A DNA stretch of 64,000 bases from Candidatus Bathyarchaeota archaeon. Lineage in GTDB: Archaea; Thermoproteota; Bathyarchaeia; Bathyarchaeales; Bathycorpusculaceae. The notes under the pieces were generated by a model, which worked only from the letters and a program-made list of their open reading frames with translations, was not told the origin of the DNA and ran no database searches. The position numbers were made by a program, and so were the translations under genes. The stretch is from the NCBI GenBank assembly GCA_963720565.1, contig CAVRFW010000013.1, positions 32,001 through 96,000 on the forward strand. Direction: 5' to 3'. The number at the start of each line of letters is the position of its first letter. Positions within the stretch are counted from its first letter, which is position 1. Of this stretch, positions 31,508 through 43,126 are shown piece after piece.

Positions 31508-32428
31508 CTATTGTGTTTTCATTTGTTTCTTACGTTTCTTAGCCAGCAGTACGGCAACGGTGAAGACAGCTACTATCGCGATGATAGCTGCTGCGGCGTA
31601 GAAGGCTTCAGGAGGCAATCCACCTGCGCCTGTCGGCTCAAGCGAGGAAGTAATTGTTGGAGTGGGTGTTGGAGTTGTGGATGTACTGTAGGTGATTTCA
31701 AGTTTCAATACGGAATATTCGCCGTATTCTTCACCATATTCTCTGCTGTCGAAAATTCCTCCTCTATACCCGCCCGCTTCATTGTCTAGCTTGATTAAGA
31801 AGCCCAAGTTCGGATACGCATCGCTCGCCCAGCCTTTCACAATGTTTGTGACTGTTAAGTTCAGGCTAGTCCAAGTCATCGGATAAGGAGGAATAACGAC
31901 TGTTGCACTGTCCTCCAGCGCACAGTCACCGCCCGGCGTTCCCCAGTTACTCGTAGCTGTTGTGAGCCCATCCATGTAATTGTATTCGTTCCATGTGACT
32001 CCATCCTGAGCTGGCGCGCTCGGCTCTCCTGTTCCCTCAACCCAATCGTGGGTGATCCTACATGCCCTTAGAGTGTCGCCTGAAGGATAGCCTGATGACC
32101 ATGGAGTAGGTCCCCAGAGCTTAAGCGTGGCCGCAGTGATTTGTTCTCCGGAGAGTGTCGGAGGCAGGTCAAACTGAACCAAGACGCGATGAACGACGTT
32201 GCTGCCATTGTCAAACCCAAAATCTAGACGATAATAAGCGCCATAATTCACGTCCATCGAACCACCGCTACTGATTGAAGCATCTTTTGAAGGTGTGTCA
32301 AGAGTCAATTCGGAAATTGCCTGAGCACTACCAAAAGAAAACGTACTGAAAGTTAAGACTGAGACAAATAGGAGAAGAACCAGAGCCAACCGCAATATCT
32401 TATTCATTATTTCACAACCACGACACAA
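31508..32428 (-). CDS. Secreted DNRLRE/disaggregatase-like domain protein with C-terminal TM anchor
   Basis: Signal peptide, DASI...NYG...RVLVQFDL...I.AATLKL, W.EG.G, PNLGFLIK, FDSRE; TM plus KKRKK. Confidence 0.75.
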   Translation of the reverse strand: MCRGCEIMNKILRLALVLLLFVSVLTFSTFSFGSAQAISELTLDTPSKDASISSGGSMDVNYGAYYRLDFGFDNGSNVVHRVLVQFDLPPTLSGEQITAATLKLWGPTPWSSGYPSGDTLRACRITHDWVEGTGEPSAPAQDGVTWNEYNYMDGLTTATSNWGTPGGDCALEDSATVVIPPYPMTWTSLNLTVTNIVKGWASDAYPNLGFLIKLDNEAGGYRGGIFDSREYGEEYGEYSVLKLEITYSTSTTPTPTPTITSSLEPTGAGGLPPEAFYAAAAIIAIVAVFTVAVLLAKKRKKQMKTQ

Positions 32429-32476
32429 ACCAATTCTTTGCGTGACATGTTATTACAGTTGTAACGCGTGCGCACG

Positions 32477-32674
32477 CTAAATACATTGGAGATAGGCTTC
32501 TCTTTCACTAAACTTGTACCCACATTTTGTACACCTGTATTCGCCGTTATGGTAAAGAATGTATTCGGTTTCCATTGTGGACGCAAGTTCCATATGTCCG
32601 AACCCGCGCACTGATTCGGGTGCAGCAATGAGTCTGGGCTTTCCAAACTTGGCGTTGCATTTAGGGCATTTCAT
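32477..32674 (-). CDS. Small zinc-ribbon protein
   Basis: MKCPKC...YRCTKCGYKF. Confidence 0.6.
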   Translation of the reverse strand: MKCPKCNAKFGKPRLIAAPESVRGFGHMELASTMETEYILYHNGEYRCTKCGYKFSEREAYLQCI

Positions 32675-33060
32675 GTTAGGTAGCGATATTGATGCATAAC
32701 ATAGATATAGTTTGTTATTTTGCGTGTGTGTTCCTAAATTCACTTTAGAGTGAGTCTGATACCTCTCCATGGGATGAGCGAGCGCAGGAGAAGAACAACA
32801 ACACGTGTTTTTCCGAAACACACAACCGTTTTTCTTTCACACACTTCCGAGTTATTTTCAGAACAGACATGCGCGCGATCATGAGAAAAATCAAAGACTT
32901 GTTGGGTAAAGACAGAATCAAGAATGCAAACAAAGAGGCTGCAACTTGAGCCTGTAATGTTTCTATTGAAAACACGTGCCAAGTTGGATGCCGAAAGCCC
33001 AACCCAGAGTATCGACCTTATAAAGACGAAATTCGTATTCGATTTTGCGAGGAAGACATT

Positions 33061-33810
33061 TTGAATACGGCAAGGCGAAAAACTGTTTGGCTTGATGAAC
33101 TAAGTACTTGCGAAGCGAAAGCTGCCGCAGACAAGGGAACAGTGGTAATCTTTCCCGTGGGAAGCGTCGAGGAGCACGGCAGGCACCTGCCGCTCTGCAC
33201 CGACAGCCTCCAAGCCGAGTATGTAGCTGTTGAAGTAGCCAAAAAGACCGGTTGCCTCGTAGCGCCACCCTTTCGCCAGGGCATCTGCAATGCAGGCCAC
33301 AACTTTCCCGGAACCATCTCAATCGGGTTCAACACGCTTTTCGCGGTAGCTCGGGATGTGCTTTCGGAGTTGGCACGAAATGGTTTTTGCCGCGTTATCG
33401 TGCTTACTGGTCACGCGGGCTCCACCCACATTACGGCTCTCAAACTTGCAGCTCAAGAAATCGTGAAACACCAGCCGAACGCCGGCAAGAGGAAAACTCG
33501 CATCATGGTTCTCTCCGACTGTGACTTCGCCTTCGAATTGAAAGACAAGCTTGGCTTCAACAAAAACGATGGTCATGCAGGCGCCATTGAAACAAGCCGG
33601 GTAATGGCCATTAGACCCGACTTGGTAAAAGCTAAGGGTGAGGCAAGTTTTCCGAAGATGCCTAGGTTCGAGATTGTTGCTGACCCAGAAAAGTATTTTC
33701 CGAGTGGCGTGAATGGTGACCCAACCCAAGCCACCCCGAAAAAAGGACAGGAACTAAACGAGTATGTTATCGAGCAGCTCACAAAGCTGGTGGATGAACT
33801 AAAAGGTTAG
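33061..33810 (+). CDS. Creatininase family amidohydrolase
   Basis: PVGSVEEHGRHLPLCTD, FPGTIS, GHAG, HAGAIETS, GVNGDP. Confidence 0.92.
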   Translation: MNTARRKTVWLDELSTCEAKAAADKGTVVIFPVGSVEEHGRHLPLCTDSLQAEYVAVEVAKKTGCLVAPPFRQGICNAGHNFPGTISIGFNTLFAVARDVLSELARNGFCRVIVLTGHAGSTHITALKLAAQEIVKHQPNAGKRKTRIMVLSDCDFAFELKDKLGFNKNDGHAGAIETSRVMAIRPDLVKAKGEASFPKMPRFEIVADPEKYFPSGVNGDPTQATPKKGQELNEYVIEQLTKLVDELKG

Positions 33811-34010
33811 CTAATTCCAAGTTTGATTTTGCTGGCAAATTGGAGTCATAATCCCATTAGGATTCGAATTGCGCGCGTCGGTTTTTTTTGTGTATGCTTG
33901 TTCTCCAGGTGTGCGGTATAGTGTATTGAATCGTAAGATTTAAATCAGTATCTCTCTTAACTGTTAACATCACAGGCCCTTAACAAATTTATAGCAGGAG
34001 AAAAAATTTC

Positions 34011-35747
34011 ATGCCTGTTCACGCAAGAAAAGAACCCAAAAAAAGGTTTATGCTGCCCTTCGCCACTCCAGGCACGAGTAGATTCAAAGATTTCACAAAA
34101 AACATGGAAAGGGCCGCAGTCTTGTACCTGGCGGAATCCAACAGGAAAAAAGGCGAAAGCAGCCTCCTAAGGAAAACGGATGAAAAACTTGTTTTCATAA
34201 CCGAAGCCTGCTATCCCGTTTGGCTAGCTCCTTGCAACACGGCAACCTTGATGTTCGACGGGCTAGGCATATCTTCGCACACGTTCTCCATTGATGATAC
34301 ACCGGACGTTGAAGTCTTTAGCAAGGACATACGAAGAAACCAGAAGACAACCGAAGCCTACACTGCTGCCCTCACCAGAAACATAGATTACTTCAAAAAC
34401 GCGCAAGGCACACAAGAAACAAAGATCGAAGGCTTAATCACAGATCCCGACCTAAAAGAAGCCTTCAAAAACTACCTTCCACACATGAAGGAAATCAAAA
34501 AGCCACCCACAGCCAAGGTATTCTTAAAACCTGCAATTAAGGCCTGTGAAATCCAAGCCGGCATCACGCAGCTCTCAAATCTGAGAAAGAAAATTGACAG
34601 AGAAATCGAAAGCATTGACGCAAGCATGAAACTTCTCAACACTACTACCACGCGAAGGGTCAAAGCAATCAAGAATGAAATCAAAAAATCCCGGCAAAAA
34701 CATCATAGAAAAACCAAGGAAACCATGCTCAAGTCAACCCGAAAGCTGCTGCAGATCCAGAGCCAGTATAACCAGAAAATCACGAGAGCCTCCAGAAAAT
34801 TCAAGAAAAGACTTTTGCAGCTCAACAAAAATCAGATCAAACTCAAGAAAGCCCAAAGAAACCTGAGAAAGGAAGCCAAACGATGCGAAACAAAACTTCA
34901 GTCATGCAGACGCCACAGCAGGAAACGAAGCGAGCGCCACTGGTTCCTCAAGCTCGAAAGAACCAAAAAGAAGCTCTCAGCATTGCACAAAAGAATCGAA
35001 GAGAACGCCAAACAAATACGCCATGTTGAAAAAGCTCAGAAACTTGAATTAGCCAAGCAAAGAATCGAATGTTGCAAACGCATAGAGGCAGCCAACAAGA
35101 AATTCCTAGATCTTCAAGGCTCCAGAGAAGCCGAAACAATCATGAAACGCCAAGAAATAGCGACCCTCGAAGACATTACCCGCTACATCACCAAGTCAAT
35201 GCAGGAAATAACCCAGAACAAGAGACTCTTCAACGCAGAACTCGACACAATAGCCATGCCCGGAGGAAAAAGCTCTCTCAGATTGGTGTACATGCCCTTT
35301 TACCTTGTCCGCCTTGAGAAAGAAGACAAGAAAAGATACGCCCTATATCCACCCTCAGTAGTGGGAGACATGGGAGTCCTCATAAAGATGAAGGGAGCCC
35401 TCGGCGCCGCAAAAGTAAAAGCCCTACTTCAACCCAGATCAGAAGCCATGGCCACATTCCTGAATAGACTGCCAACGCTTTTCGAAAAGAAGCCCATGCT
35501 TGAAAAATACGTAACCGAAGCAGGCATACGAAGAAGCATCCTTTTAAGAAAACAGCTGCGAGCAAGCGTCACAAAAGGCCTTCGAGAACTAGAAAACGAA
35601 AACTGGATTTCAAAAAGTGAACATCAGACTTTCAGCAAAATCCTATACATATATGCCTCGGCAATAAAACGGCGGACAAATGTCAAGCTGATTCGAGAGA
35701 ACAACCATCTAAAGTTTTTACCCGCTCAAATAGCTCACGCTAACTAA
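34011..35747 (+). CDS. Basic coiled-coil hypothetical protein
   Basis: 578-aa ORF, K/R-rich central heptad region. Confidence 0.75.
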   Translation: MPVHARKEPKKRFMLPFATPGTSRFKDFTKNMERAAVLYLAESNRKKGESSLLRKTDEKLVFITEACYPVWLAPCNTATLMFDGLGISSHTFSIDDTPDVEVFSKDIRRNQKTTEAYTAALTRNIDYFKNAQGTQETKIEGLITDPDLKEAFKNYLPHMKEIKKPPTAKVFLKPAIKACEIQAGITQLSNLRKKIDREIESIDASMKLLNTTTTRRVKAIKNEIKKSRQKHHRKTKETMLKSTRKLLQIQSQYNQKITRASRKFKKRLLQLNKNQIKLKKAQRNLRKEAKRCETKLQSCRRHSRKRSERHWFLKLERTKKKLSALHKRIEENAKQIRHVEKAQKLELAKQRIECCKRIEAANKKFLDLQGSREAETIMKRQEIATLEDITRYITKSMQEITQNKRLFNAELDTIAMPGGKSSLRLVYMPFYLVRLEKEDKKRYALYPPSVVGDMGVLIKMKGALGAAKVKALLQPRSEAMATFLNRLPTLFEKKPMLEKYVTEAGIRRSILLRKQLRASVTKGLRELENENWISKSEHQTFSKILYIYASAIKRRTNVKLIRENNHLKFLPAQIAHAN

Positions 35748-35842
35748 TTTGCCAGTGCGCGCTCCCCAAAAAAAGGGGACGGTAAAGTACGTGTTCGCGA
35801 ACAAAGTACTGTTAATAAATACGATTCTTGTACTCTGTCTCT

Positions 35843-36961
35843 ATGCGCATTTCCCCTTTCAAACTGGAAAGATACCTGGAACTGTACGAGTTCACAGCCA
35901 AGTACATGCTTGGCGCTTCCGACTGCGAAAGCTTCGAAATAAAAGAAATCCTCTCCGAACAGGAACTCTCCGAAATGGCTTCTCTGAGGCTTGGCTATTC
36001 TATGGCTCAGGGAAATCTTCCTCTAAGACAAGAAATCTCCAACCTTTTCTGCGCTACAGGTCCCGAAGACATACTGATTTGCGTTCCCCAAGAAGGAATC
36101 TTCATCACCATGAACGCGTTGCTAGAACCGGGAGACAAGGTAATCGTTCAGGTTCCATGCTACCAATCACTGTGTGAACTGCCCAAAGCTTTGGGCTGCA
36201 AGGTTCTCCCCTGGGAGCCAGACGCCGAGAACAAACGTTGGGAATGGAACCTCGATTTCCTAAGAGAGAACGTTGACAACAAAACCAAGTTGGTAGTAAT
36301 CAATTCTCCACAGAACCCAACCGGGCAAACCTTCAGCAAACAAGAGTACCTCGAAATCCTCGACATAGCAAGAAGAAATCGGTGCTACGTGTTTTCAGAC
36401 GAAATGTACAGGCTGCTTGAACACGACTCCCAAGACAGGCTGGCGTCTGGTTCAGACACATACGAAAAATGCATCTCGCTATCCGGGATGTCAAAAACCT
36501 TCGGTCTAGGCGGCCTACGAGTAGGCTGGATAAGCACCAGAGATAAACACGCCCTCAAAAGAATAATCGAATTCAAAGACTATACAACCATATCCAACAA
36601 CGCGATAGGAGAATATGTTGCGATGGTTGCCCTCAAGAAGAAAGAAATCCTCCTAGCCAGAAACCGCAGCATAATCATGAACAATCTTGGACTTCTCGAT
36701 TCCTTCTTTGCCAGACACGAAAACCTCTTCGGCTGGTTGAAGCCGAAAGCAGCCTCAATAGCCTTCGTCCAGACCAAATTCAACATGAAAGCCGAGGCTT
36801 TCTGCGAAGATCTAGTCAAGAAAAAAGATGTCTTGCTAGTTCCCAGCACCAAGTTCGGCTACGGAAACCACCATTTCAGACTGGGATTCGGCAGAACAAA
36901 CATGCAAGACGGACTAAAACTCCTAGAACAATACGTTCAAGAGGAAATTCAGAAGTTCTAG
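35843..36961 (+). CDS. PLP-dependent aminotransferase class I/II
   Basis: NSPQNPTG, SDEMY, SGMSKTFGLGGLRVGW. Confidence 0.92.
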   Translation: MRISPFKLERYLELYEFTAKYMLGASDCESFEIKEILSEQELSEMASLRLGYSMAQGNLPLRQEISNLFCATGPEDILICVPQEGIFITMNALLEPGDKVIVQVPCYQSLCELPKALGCKVLPWEPDAENKRWEWNLDFLRENVDNKTKLVVINSPQNPTGQTFSKQEYLEILDIARRNRCYVFSDEMYRLLEHDSQDRLASGSDTYEKCISLSGMSKTFGLGGLRVGWISTRDKHALKRIIEFKDYTTISNNAIGEYVAMVALKKKEILLARNRSIIMNNLGLLDSFFARHENLFGWLKPKAASIAFVQTKFNMKAEAFCEDLVKKKDVLLVPSTKFGYGNHHFRLGFGRTNMQDGLKLLEQYVQEEIQKF

Positions 36962-37180
36962 TTGCCAAACAGTTCTCGCGCGCACACTAACTCTCTGAAT
37001 CCGCCAAGTCGAAAACCGCTGCGTGAGCCAAGCTTTCTCTTCTTTTTTTTCGGCGCGAGCTTTGACAGAACACCTCATCTTGAAATCGCCACAAACACCA
37101 GCTTCGCGCGCGTACACGAAAATCTTATCTCCTATCCAAGCCATAATTGGGTATTAGGCAAAGGAAAGGGAGATGCGAAA

Positions 37181-37885
37181 TTGAAAAAACAGAAGTTAGT
37201 GATGATGTTTCTCTTAGCAGGATTAATCCTGTCTTCGATGCCTTTAGCTATGGCTGCAGCAACGCTTGCTCCTCCAACTGTTAGCATGCCCAACAGCAAC
37301 TGGGAAGAGACTGACTCCACCTCGTACCCTAATACTGTGGCAGAACATGATCCAGATGGAGCGGGCATGCTAGAATATACTGACAACACCAACCACGACA
37401 TGATCACCATCTACTACGAAAAAGCTCAAGTATCCGGTTACTCCTCGCCACAACTGAAAACCGAAGCTGAAAACATTTTCGAGGAATATGACAGCAGTGA
37501 CACGCGCTCGCTAGATGCCAGTGGAACAGCAACTTTTGCCGGAGTAGAAGCGGGCTATGCAGAAGGATACGATGATACCGAAGAAACCTACATAACCGAG
37601 CTGGTGTTCATAAAAGGCGGCTACTACTTCAACGTCCAAGCATACTATGACGCCACCACGCAGAGCGAAGAAGACGTAGATGCCCTAATAAACAGCATAA
37701 GCGTCAGCGGACTACCCGGAGATTCAACTTCATCCTTTACGTGGCTCTACGCCATCATCGGAGTCGTTGCAGTCATCGCCGTCATCGTCATTGTCATCAT
37801 GTTTGCCAGAAAGAAGAAATCTGCTCAGCCTCAGCAGCAACCGCCATACGATTTTCCGCCTCCTCCGCCACCGCCAGGACAGTAG
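37181..37885 (+). CDS. Secreted protein with C-terminal TM and Pro-rich tail
   Basis: TTG start, signal peptide, TM plus RKKK, PPPPPPP tail. Confidence 0.75.
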   Translation: MKKQKLVMMFLLAGLILSSMPLAMAAATLAPPTVSMPNSNWEETDSTSYPNTVAEHDPDGAGMLEYTDNTNHDMITIYYEKAQVSGYSSPQLKTEAENIFEEYDSSDTRSLDASGTATFAGVEAGYAEGYDDTEETYITELVFIKGGYYFNVQAYYDATTQSEEDVDALINSISVSGLPGDSTSSFTWLYAIIGVVAVIAVIVIVIMFARKKKSAQPQQQPPYDFPPPPPPPGQ

Positions 37886-38044
37886 CCCACGAGCACACTA
37901 TAGGCAATCGAGTTTCCCTTTTTTCCTTTCAGCGCTCGACTCCTATCTTCAATCGAGCAAGGGGAAGTGAAGCGTGCGCTTCATGCACGCATAAGCCAAA
38001 CTAACTAGCAACAAATCATCTAAGAGAGATTAGTAGGAATATGC

Positions 38045-38377
38045 TTGAGGAGACTATACTGGGTTCTCTTTATTCTTCTTCTGCTTGCACCTTTAGTAGT
38101 TAATCTTGTTTTCATGTCAAGCATTCACAGCTTGGCCCAAAGATTCTTTATACGTTACAGGTTTACTCCATCGAACATTCTCTTGAAAGACATTCTATTC
38201 ATAGAGGGACTTTTTCTAATCATTTTTGGATGGCTATCCGGAGAGCACATTTGGAATTATTTTCGGAATAGGAAGAAAAACGGAAGATTAAGCGATCAGC
38301 CAACAGAATTTGGAGTTGGAATAGCATTTTTGGTTTTTGGAATCACCTATGTTTTAGCAGGATTATTGCTCCCTTAG
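38045..38377 (+). CDS. Small membrane protein
   Basis: Three hydrophobic segments. Confidence 0.55.
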   Translation: MRRLYWVLFILLLLAPLVVNLVFMSSIHSLAQRFFIRYRFTPSNILLKDILFIEGLFLIIFGWLSGEHIWNYFRNRKKNGRLSDQPTEFGVGIAFLVFGITYVLAGLLLP

Positions 38378-38549
38378 AAAAAACGAACCGCCGCATAAAA
38401 TGAAGCCAGTGCGAGAGGTTGAGACAGTCATCGCAGTTATCCTTGCACTTTTTACCCCGCGAGACAAGCAAAGGCAGCACGCCAATTCTGACATAACGCT
38501 TATGAGTCTGGAAGAATCATTTTCTCATTGACAGTTCTGGGTTTTAGAA

Positions 38550-39437
38550 ATGATGCTAAAAATAGTAGTGGCGTTATTGGGACTGAATCTGGCGTTTGCG
38601 ACTTGTGTCATCGGAGAAGTAAAAACTCAGACTGATTACTCTATCGATATTGCAGGGGCTACATGGGATCATTCAACCATCAGAATCCTGCTAATTCCCA
38701 GACATAACGAATCCTGGTGGGACCCTGCGTTCATTAACTTGACACTCCAGGCCGTTGACATGTGGAACAAGGCACTTGCGGCTTTCGCGTCCACACGCGA
38801 AGATTTCGCATATGTCTCGAATATCAGTCTGGACCCAACAGAATCCGCAGGAACGATCCAAGACTTTGATGTCAACATCTCATGGACAGAGAATCCAATC
38901 GGCAACAGTCTTGACAACGTGGGACTCACCGAGCTATACTCGCTTTCCGGAGTCATAGACAACTGCATTATTACTCTGGCGGCAAAGGACGGATTCGGCA
39001 TTCCACTAACCAACGTTGTTAGGCAAGGCGTCGCCGCCCACGAGATCGGTCATGCCCTAGGGCTGCTCCACACAAACTCCTCAGACGATATTATGTTCAA
39101 GCAAATTAGTCTTGACATAACAGTTCGCCCGCTCTCCACCCTCGACGCCTACGGCGTTGCCCAGGTCTTTCGATGGAGATCAGTTTCTTCGCAATACAAA
39201 CCTTCTAATCAAGAATTAAGACCTAACTCTGTGAGCCTCCCTTCAGGAATCGAATATGAATACTTGAATGCACCCCCACAAGATCCCTTGAGCAGAATCA
39301 TATCGTCCTTTCTGCAATACATTCAGACCCCACAAGGCCTAAAGGACCTAACCGTCATCTCAATCGTTATGATTGGGCTCATAACTATTTTCTCAGCGAT
39401 TTACAGATACATCAGACTCCGAAAAGAAGGCGGCTGA
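38550..39437 (+). CDS. Matrixin-like (M10) zinc metalloprotease, membrane anchored
   Basis: HEIGHALGLLH plus Met-turn DIMF; signal peptide and C-terminal TM. Confidence 0.88.
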   Translation: MMLKIVVALLGLNLAFATCVIGEVKTQTDYSIDIAGATWDHSTIRILLIPRHNESWWDPAFINLTLQAVDMWNKALAAFASTREDFAYVSNISLDPTESAGTIQDFDVNISWTENPIGNSLDNVGLTELYSLSGVIDNCIITLAAKDGFGIPLTNVVRQGVAAHEIGHALGLLHTNSSDDIMFKQISLDITVRPLSTLDAYGVAQVFRWRSVSSQYKPSNQELRPNSVSLPSGIEYEYLNAPPQDPLSRIISSFLQYIQTPQGLKDLTVISIVMIGLITIFSAIYRYIRLRKEGG

Positions 39438-39577
39438 AGCAAACATCGATTATGGGATGGATGGTCAGCAGGTGGAATAGCCAAGAAGGTAATTGTGTAC
39501 TATACTATTGAGAACCACTTCGCTTTTTGTGTGGAGCAGCTTTTTGATGCTTTGTTTGGTTTTGACCTAAACCTGAT

Positions 39578-41108
39578 TCAGCGTACGCTTAGGTCCTCTT
39601 CTTTGCCTCTTATTATCTTCTTGAATACTTCGGCGCTCTTCCTGCTTGTCCGCAGCTTCGTTTCCAGATCAACCGAACACAACCCAAACTTCAAACCGAA
39701 ACCCTTAGCCCACTCGTAGTTGTCTGTCAAGGCCCAATGGAAGTATCCGCGAACGTCAATTTTCTCTTCACCCACAGCCTTCTCCAAAACCTTCAGGTGC
39801 TCGACCAAATAGCTTGGTCTAAGCGCGTCTTTTGCATCTGCGACACCGTTTTCCATTACGTACAGTGGCTTCCCATATGTTTTCATCGATTTCAAGGCAT
39901 CAAGTAATCCTTGTGGATATATTTCCCATCCTGAATCCGAAGTCTGCTAACCCATCGGCGGATTTCGAATTAGGCTGGCAGCCGAAACCATAGCCGGGAA
40001 CTATCTCTGGAACTGCAGAGACTCCCATAAACAACTTGGCCAAGATAGAGGTTTTTCCTTTCACCACAAACCTTGTATAATAGTTCACGCCCAGCCAGTC
40101 GAGGCGCTGCCCAAGATAATTCTTCGTTTCTCCTTTCTCTCTTGCTCCATTGAGGTTTTCATCCAACCAGCCACTGCAAACAGAATTTATGAAGAAATGA
40201 TTATGCATGTTATCCATGAACTCCGCGGCTTTAACATCTAACCTGTTATCTGCAGAAAGAGGGACGGTCGGGATCACGTTATGTATCAATCCAACGTTGG
40301 CAGCGCTGCCGCTTCCCCTGTCGGCTTTGATAGTATCCATCTTCTTTATAACGTCAAAGGCGCGTGCATGAGCGACAACCAGGTGCCGAGCCACTTTTCT
40401 TGAAGCCCTAAAATTGTTGAGCCCCGGAGGAAAACCAGACTCTGCTATAACGTAACCCGTCTCAGGCAACACCGCAGGCTCATTGAAAGTCGCCCAATTA
40501 TCTACCACATCCCCAAACTTCCAAGAAATGTAAGCCGCATACTTTGTGAACTCAACAACGGTGTTTTCGTCAACCCACCCTTTCAAACCCCTACGCAATC
40601 GCGTATCACGAACGGTTATCGGATCATGAATCCATAAAGGCAAAGTGAAATGATTCAAACACACAAACACTTCAAGGCCGTTAGCCCGTAAATCTTCTAT
40701 CACACGTCGATAGTGGCTTACCGCGTCTTTGTGTGCGATTTTCTCCAGATCTTCGAGAGCAGACTCGTCAACGTCTATCTTAGCTATGTTTCCATCGGAT
40801 GCTCTTTCCACTCCGACTTCAACGGCGGATGTGCTCTTGGGAAAAATTCTGCTCCATTCAATCCCAGTCCTGTAAGCGTTTAAACCAAGCTTCTTGGCAA
40901 GGGCGTGGTCTTGCTTGTAGAGACTCCAGTAGTCTATACCCTTTTCAGGCAGATCACCGCTAACGATGCCCTTCTGCACGTTCAATGGGTCCAGAACCCA
41001 GACGTACCAATCCGAGTTACGATCAATATTCTCTGAAGCCAAATCCCCCATCTCAAACTGAAATCCGCTATTCGAAACCCCCCACAGAAAACTCCTTGGA
41101 AAGACCAT
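39578..41108 (-). CDS. Glycoside hydrolase family 1 beta-glycosidase (frameshift near 39945)
   Basis: FLWGVS.SGFQFEMG, IEWSRIFP, NHFTLP, TFNEP, GVNYY, VMENG, DNYEW. Confidence 0.93.
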
Positions 41109-41258
41109 AATCTTACCTATTCGATACCCACCGGACGCCATTATTAAATTTAGCTTCTTGAAAATAGCAGTTGCGCCCGCTTTTCTTCTAACATGCCATT
41201 ATACCCAAATACAGTCTTTCCGTGTACTAACGAGCTAAACCTTTCGCGATGTCATATA

Positions 41259-42887
41259 TCACTTCTTTCTGGAAAAGATATGAGGCAAAGAGGATAGTTC
41301 TCCCACATAGAAGCCTAATCGGGGCACAAACTGTTCTCCAATAACTATTGCTTTCTGAATCGGGGCGTCAACATAGAATCTCATGAAGCAATTTCTGCAA
41401 ATTACCTCAAAAACAAACAGGAGTTTGCTTCCGTCAGAATGCAAATTTTTGTATTCGATGAATTCATGGCAGAACGGGCATTTTACCCTTAAATCATAAT
41501 TATGAGGAGAGTTCATCTCATATTCAGAAGGCATGGTATGCCTACAATGTTTGATATTTAATCTCAGGATCCTTCTTTCTAATTTCTTTATGTCGTTGTC
41601 GCTCATCTTGTCTGTTATATTCAAGTATTCGTAGCTCTGGGCTCCTTCTTGTAATCGTTCTTTAACAAAAAGCACTTCATTCTTGATTAGGCCTTTTTGT
41701 AGGCAATGTTCGTATATTTTGCTACCAGGGTACGGCATCACAAAGGCCAAACGAACTTGACCTTCAGCATTTCCTATCCACCAATCTAATGTTTGCTTCG
41801 CGGTCTCATTGGTTTCTGCAACATCTCCAAAAATGAAAGTAGCGGCAACATTCATTTTTTGTCTGATTGTCTCATGAAAAGCAAAATCAATCTGTTCGGG
41901 TTTAATCGCCTTTCTCATGCTTCTGAGAACAACAGGACTAAAACTCTCAAACCCATAAGATACCGTTGTGCAACCCGCGTCTTTTAGCAGATGAAGTAGG
42001 TCCCGATCAACATGGCAAACCATCACTTGACAAAACCATTTTATGTCCTTCTCTTTCATTTTCATTAGGTTTTTAATTTCCGAGCAGAATTCTTTTGTTC
42101 TTTCCTTGTCAAGAGAGAAGCAGTCATCATATATTTGTAGGAAATTTACGTTATATTTGTCAACAGCCATTTCAATTTCAGACATTATGTTCTTTATGCT
42201 TCGTTTTCGGTAATGCCCGTAGTGGTAACAGAAAGTGCATTGAAAAGGACAGGATCTGCTTCCAAGCAGCGGGTATACTCTGGGGCTATCGAGAATAGTT
42301 GTCCATATCAGAAAGTTGCTGTGCGAGTTGTCTAGCTGTTTTTCGAATTCTAAGCCCTCATAGTCAGGGAATGGTATTGCATCTAAATTCTCTATCGGGT
42401 TCCGTTTTTCAGTTATTACAACCTGGTTTCCGTCCCTGAATACTATGCCTCTTACACTCTGTAGGTTTCTATTATTAGCAATAGAGTCAATCAATTCCAC
42501 AACAGTTTCTTCGCCATCACCTATTACGCCAAAATCAATCCCGAATTCCGCGAATACTAATTTAGGCATTGTTGTAAGTATCGGTCCTCCCAAGATTATC
42601 TTGGGTTTTGTGGTATGATTTTTTGCGGTATCGATAATCTTTTCTATCACAGAATAAGCAAGTGCATTGCCACCTGTGCACACAAAATCATATTTTTTCC
42701 GGTTTAGCTTGCTGTTCAAAATATCCTTAATATTTCCAGGGTAATGGTTTAGGTTCAGAGCATCAACATTATGGTTCGCTTTTTTTAGGACAACAGATAT
42801 GTAACTTAAACCTATGGGGAATAAGTAGTCAAAATTTTCCGTCAATTTGTCAGAGTATCTGGGTACTACTAGCAGTATTTCCATCAA
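41259..42887 (-). CDS. B12-binding domain radical SAM protein
   Basis: PIGLSYI, IILGGP, GDGEET, SRSCPFQCTFC, YDDCF, GFES. Confidence 0.92.
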   Translation of the reverse strand: MMEILLVVPRYSDKLTENFDYLFPIGLSYISVVLKKANHNVDALNLNHYPGNIKDILNSKLNRKKYDFVCTGGNALAYSVIEKIIDTAKNHTTKPKIILGGPILTTMPKLVFAEFGIDFGVIGDGEETVVELIDSIANNRNLQSVRGIVFRDGNQVVITEKRNPIENLDAIPFPDYEGLEFEKQLDNSHSNFLIWTTILDSPRVYPLLGSRSCPFQCTFCYHYGHYRKRSIKNIMSEIEMAVDKYNVNFLQIYDDCFSLDKERTKEFCSEIKNLMKMKEKDIKWFCQVMVCHVDRDLLHLLKDAGCTTVSYGFESFSPVVLRSMRKAIKPEQIDFAFHETIRQKMNVAATFIFGDVAETNETAKQTLDWWIGNAEGQVRLAFVMPYPGSKIYEHCLQKGLIKNEVLFVKERLQEGAQSYEYLNITDKMSDNDIKKLERRILRLNIKHCRHTMPSEYEMNSPHNYDLRVKCPFCHEFIEYKNLHSDGSKLLFVFEVICRNCFMRFYVDAPIQKAIVIGEQFVPRLGFYVGELSSLPHIFSRKK

Positions 42888-43126
42888 TCTTTACTCCAAC
42901 CCGCAAAACGGGAGATGTTAGATAGGTCAACAACGACATTCTTCGAAGCATTGAGTGATGCTTTAGGCATAAGAATTTTGAGAATCTTGAGTAAAGTTTA
43001 TCACTCTTCATTTTCAATTGGCTCTCTCCCGAATGTTAGGTAGTTGCGCGTGCTTATGACTGAGAACCCAAATCCGACTACCCTATGAACAGTATAAGTT
43101 TTTCGAAAGCGCACTTGACTACGTGT

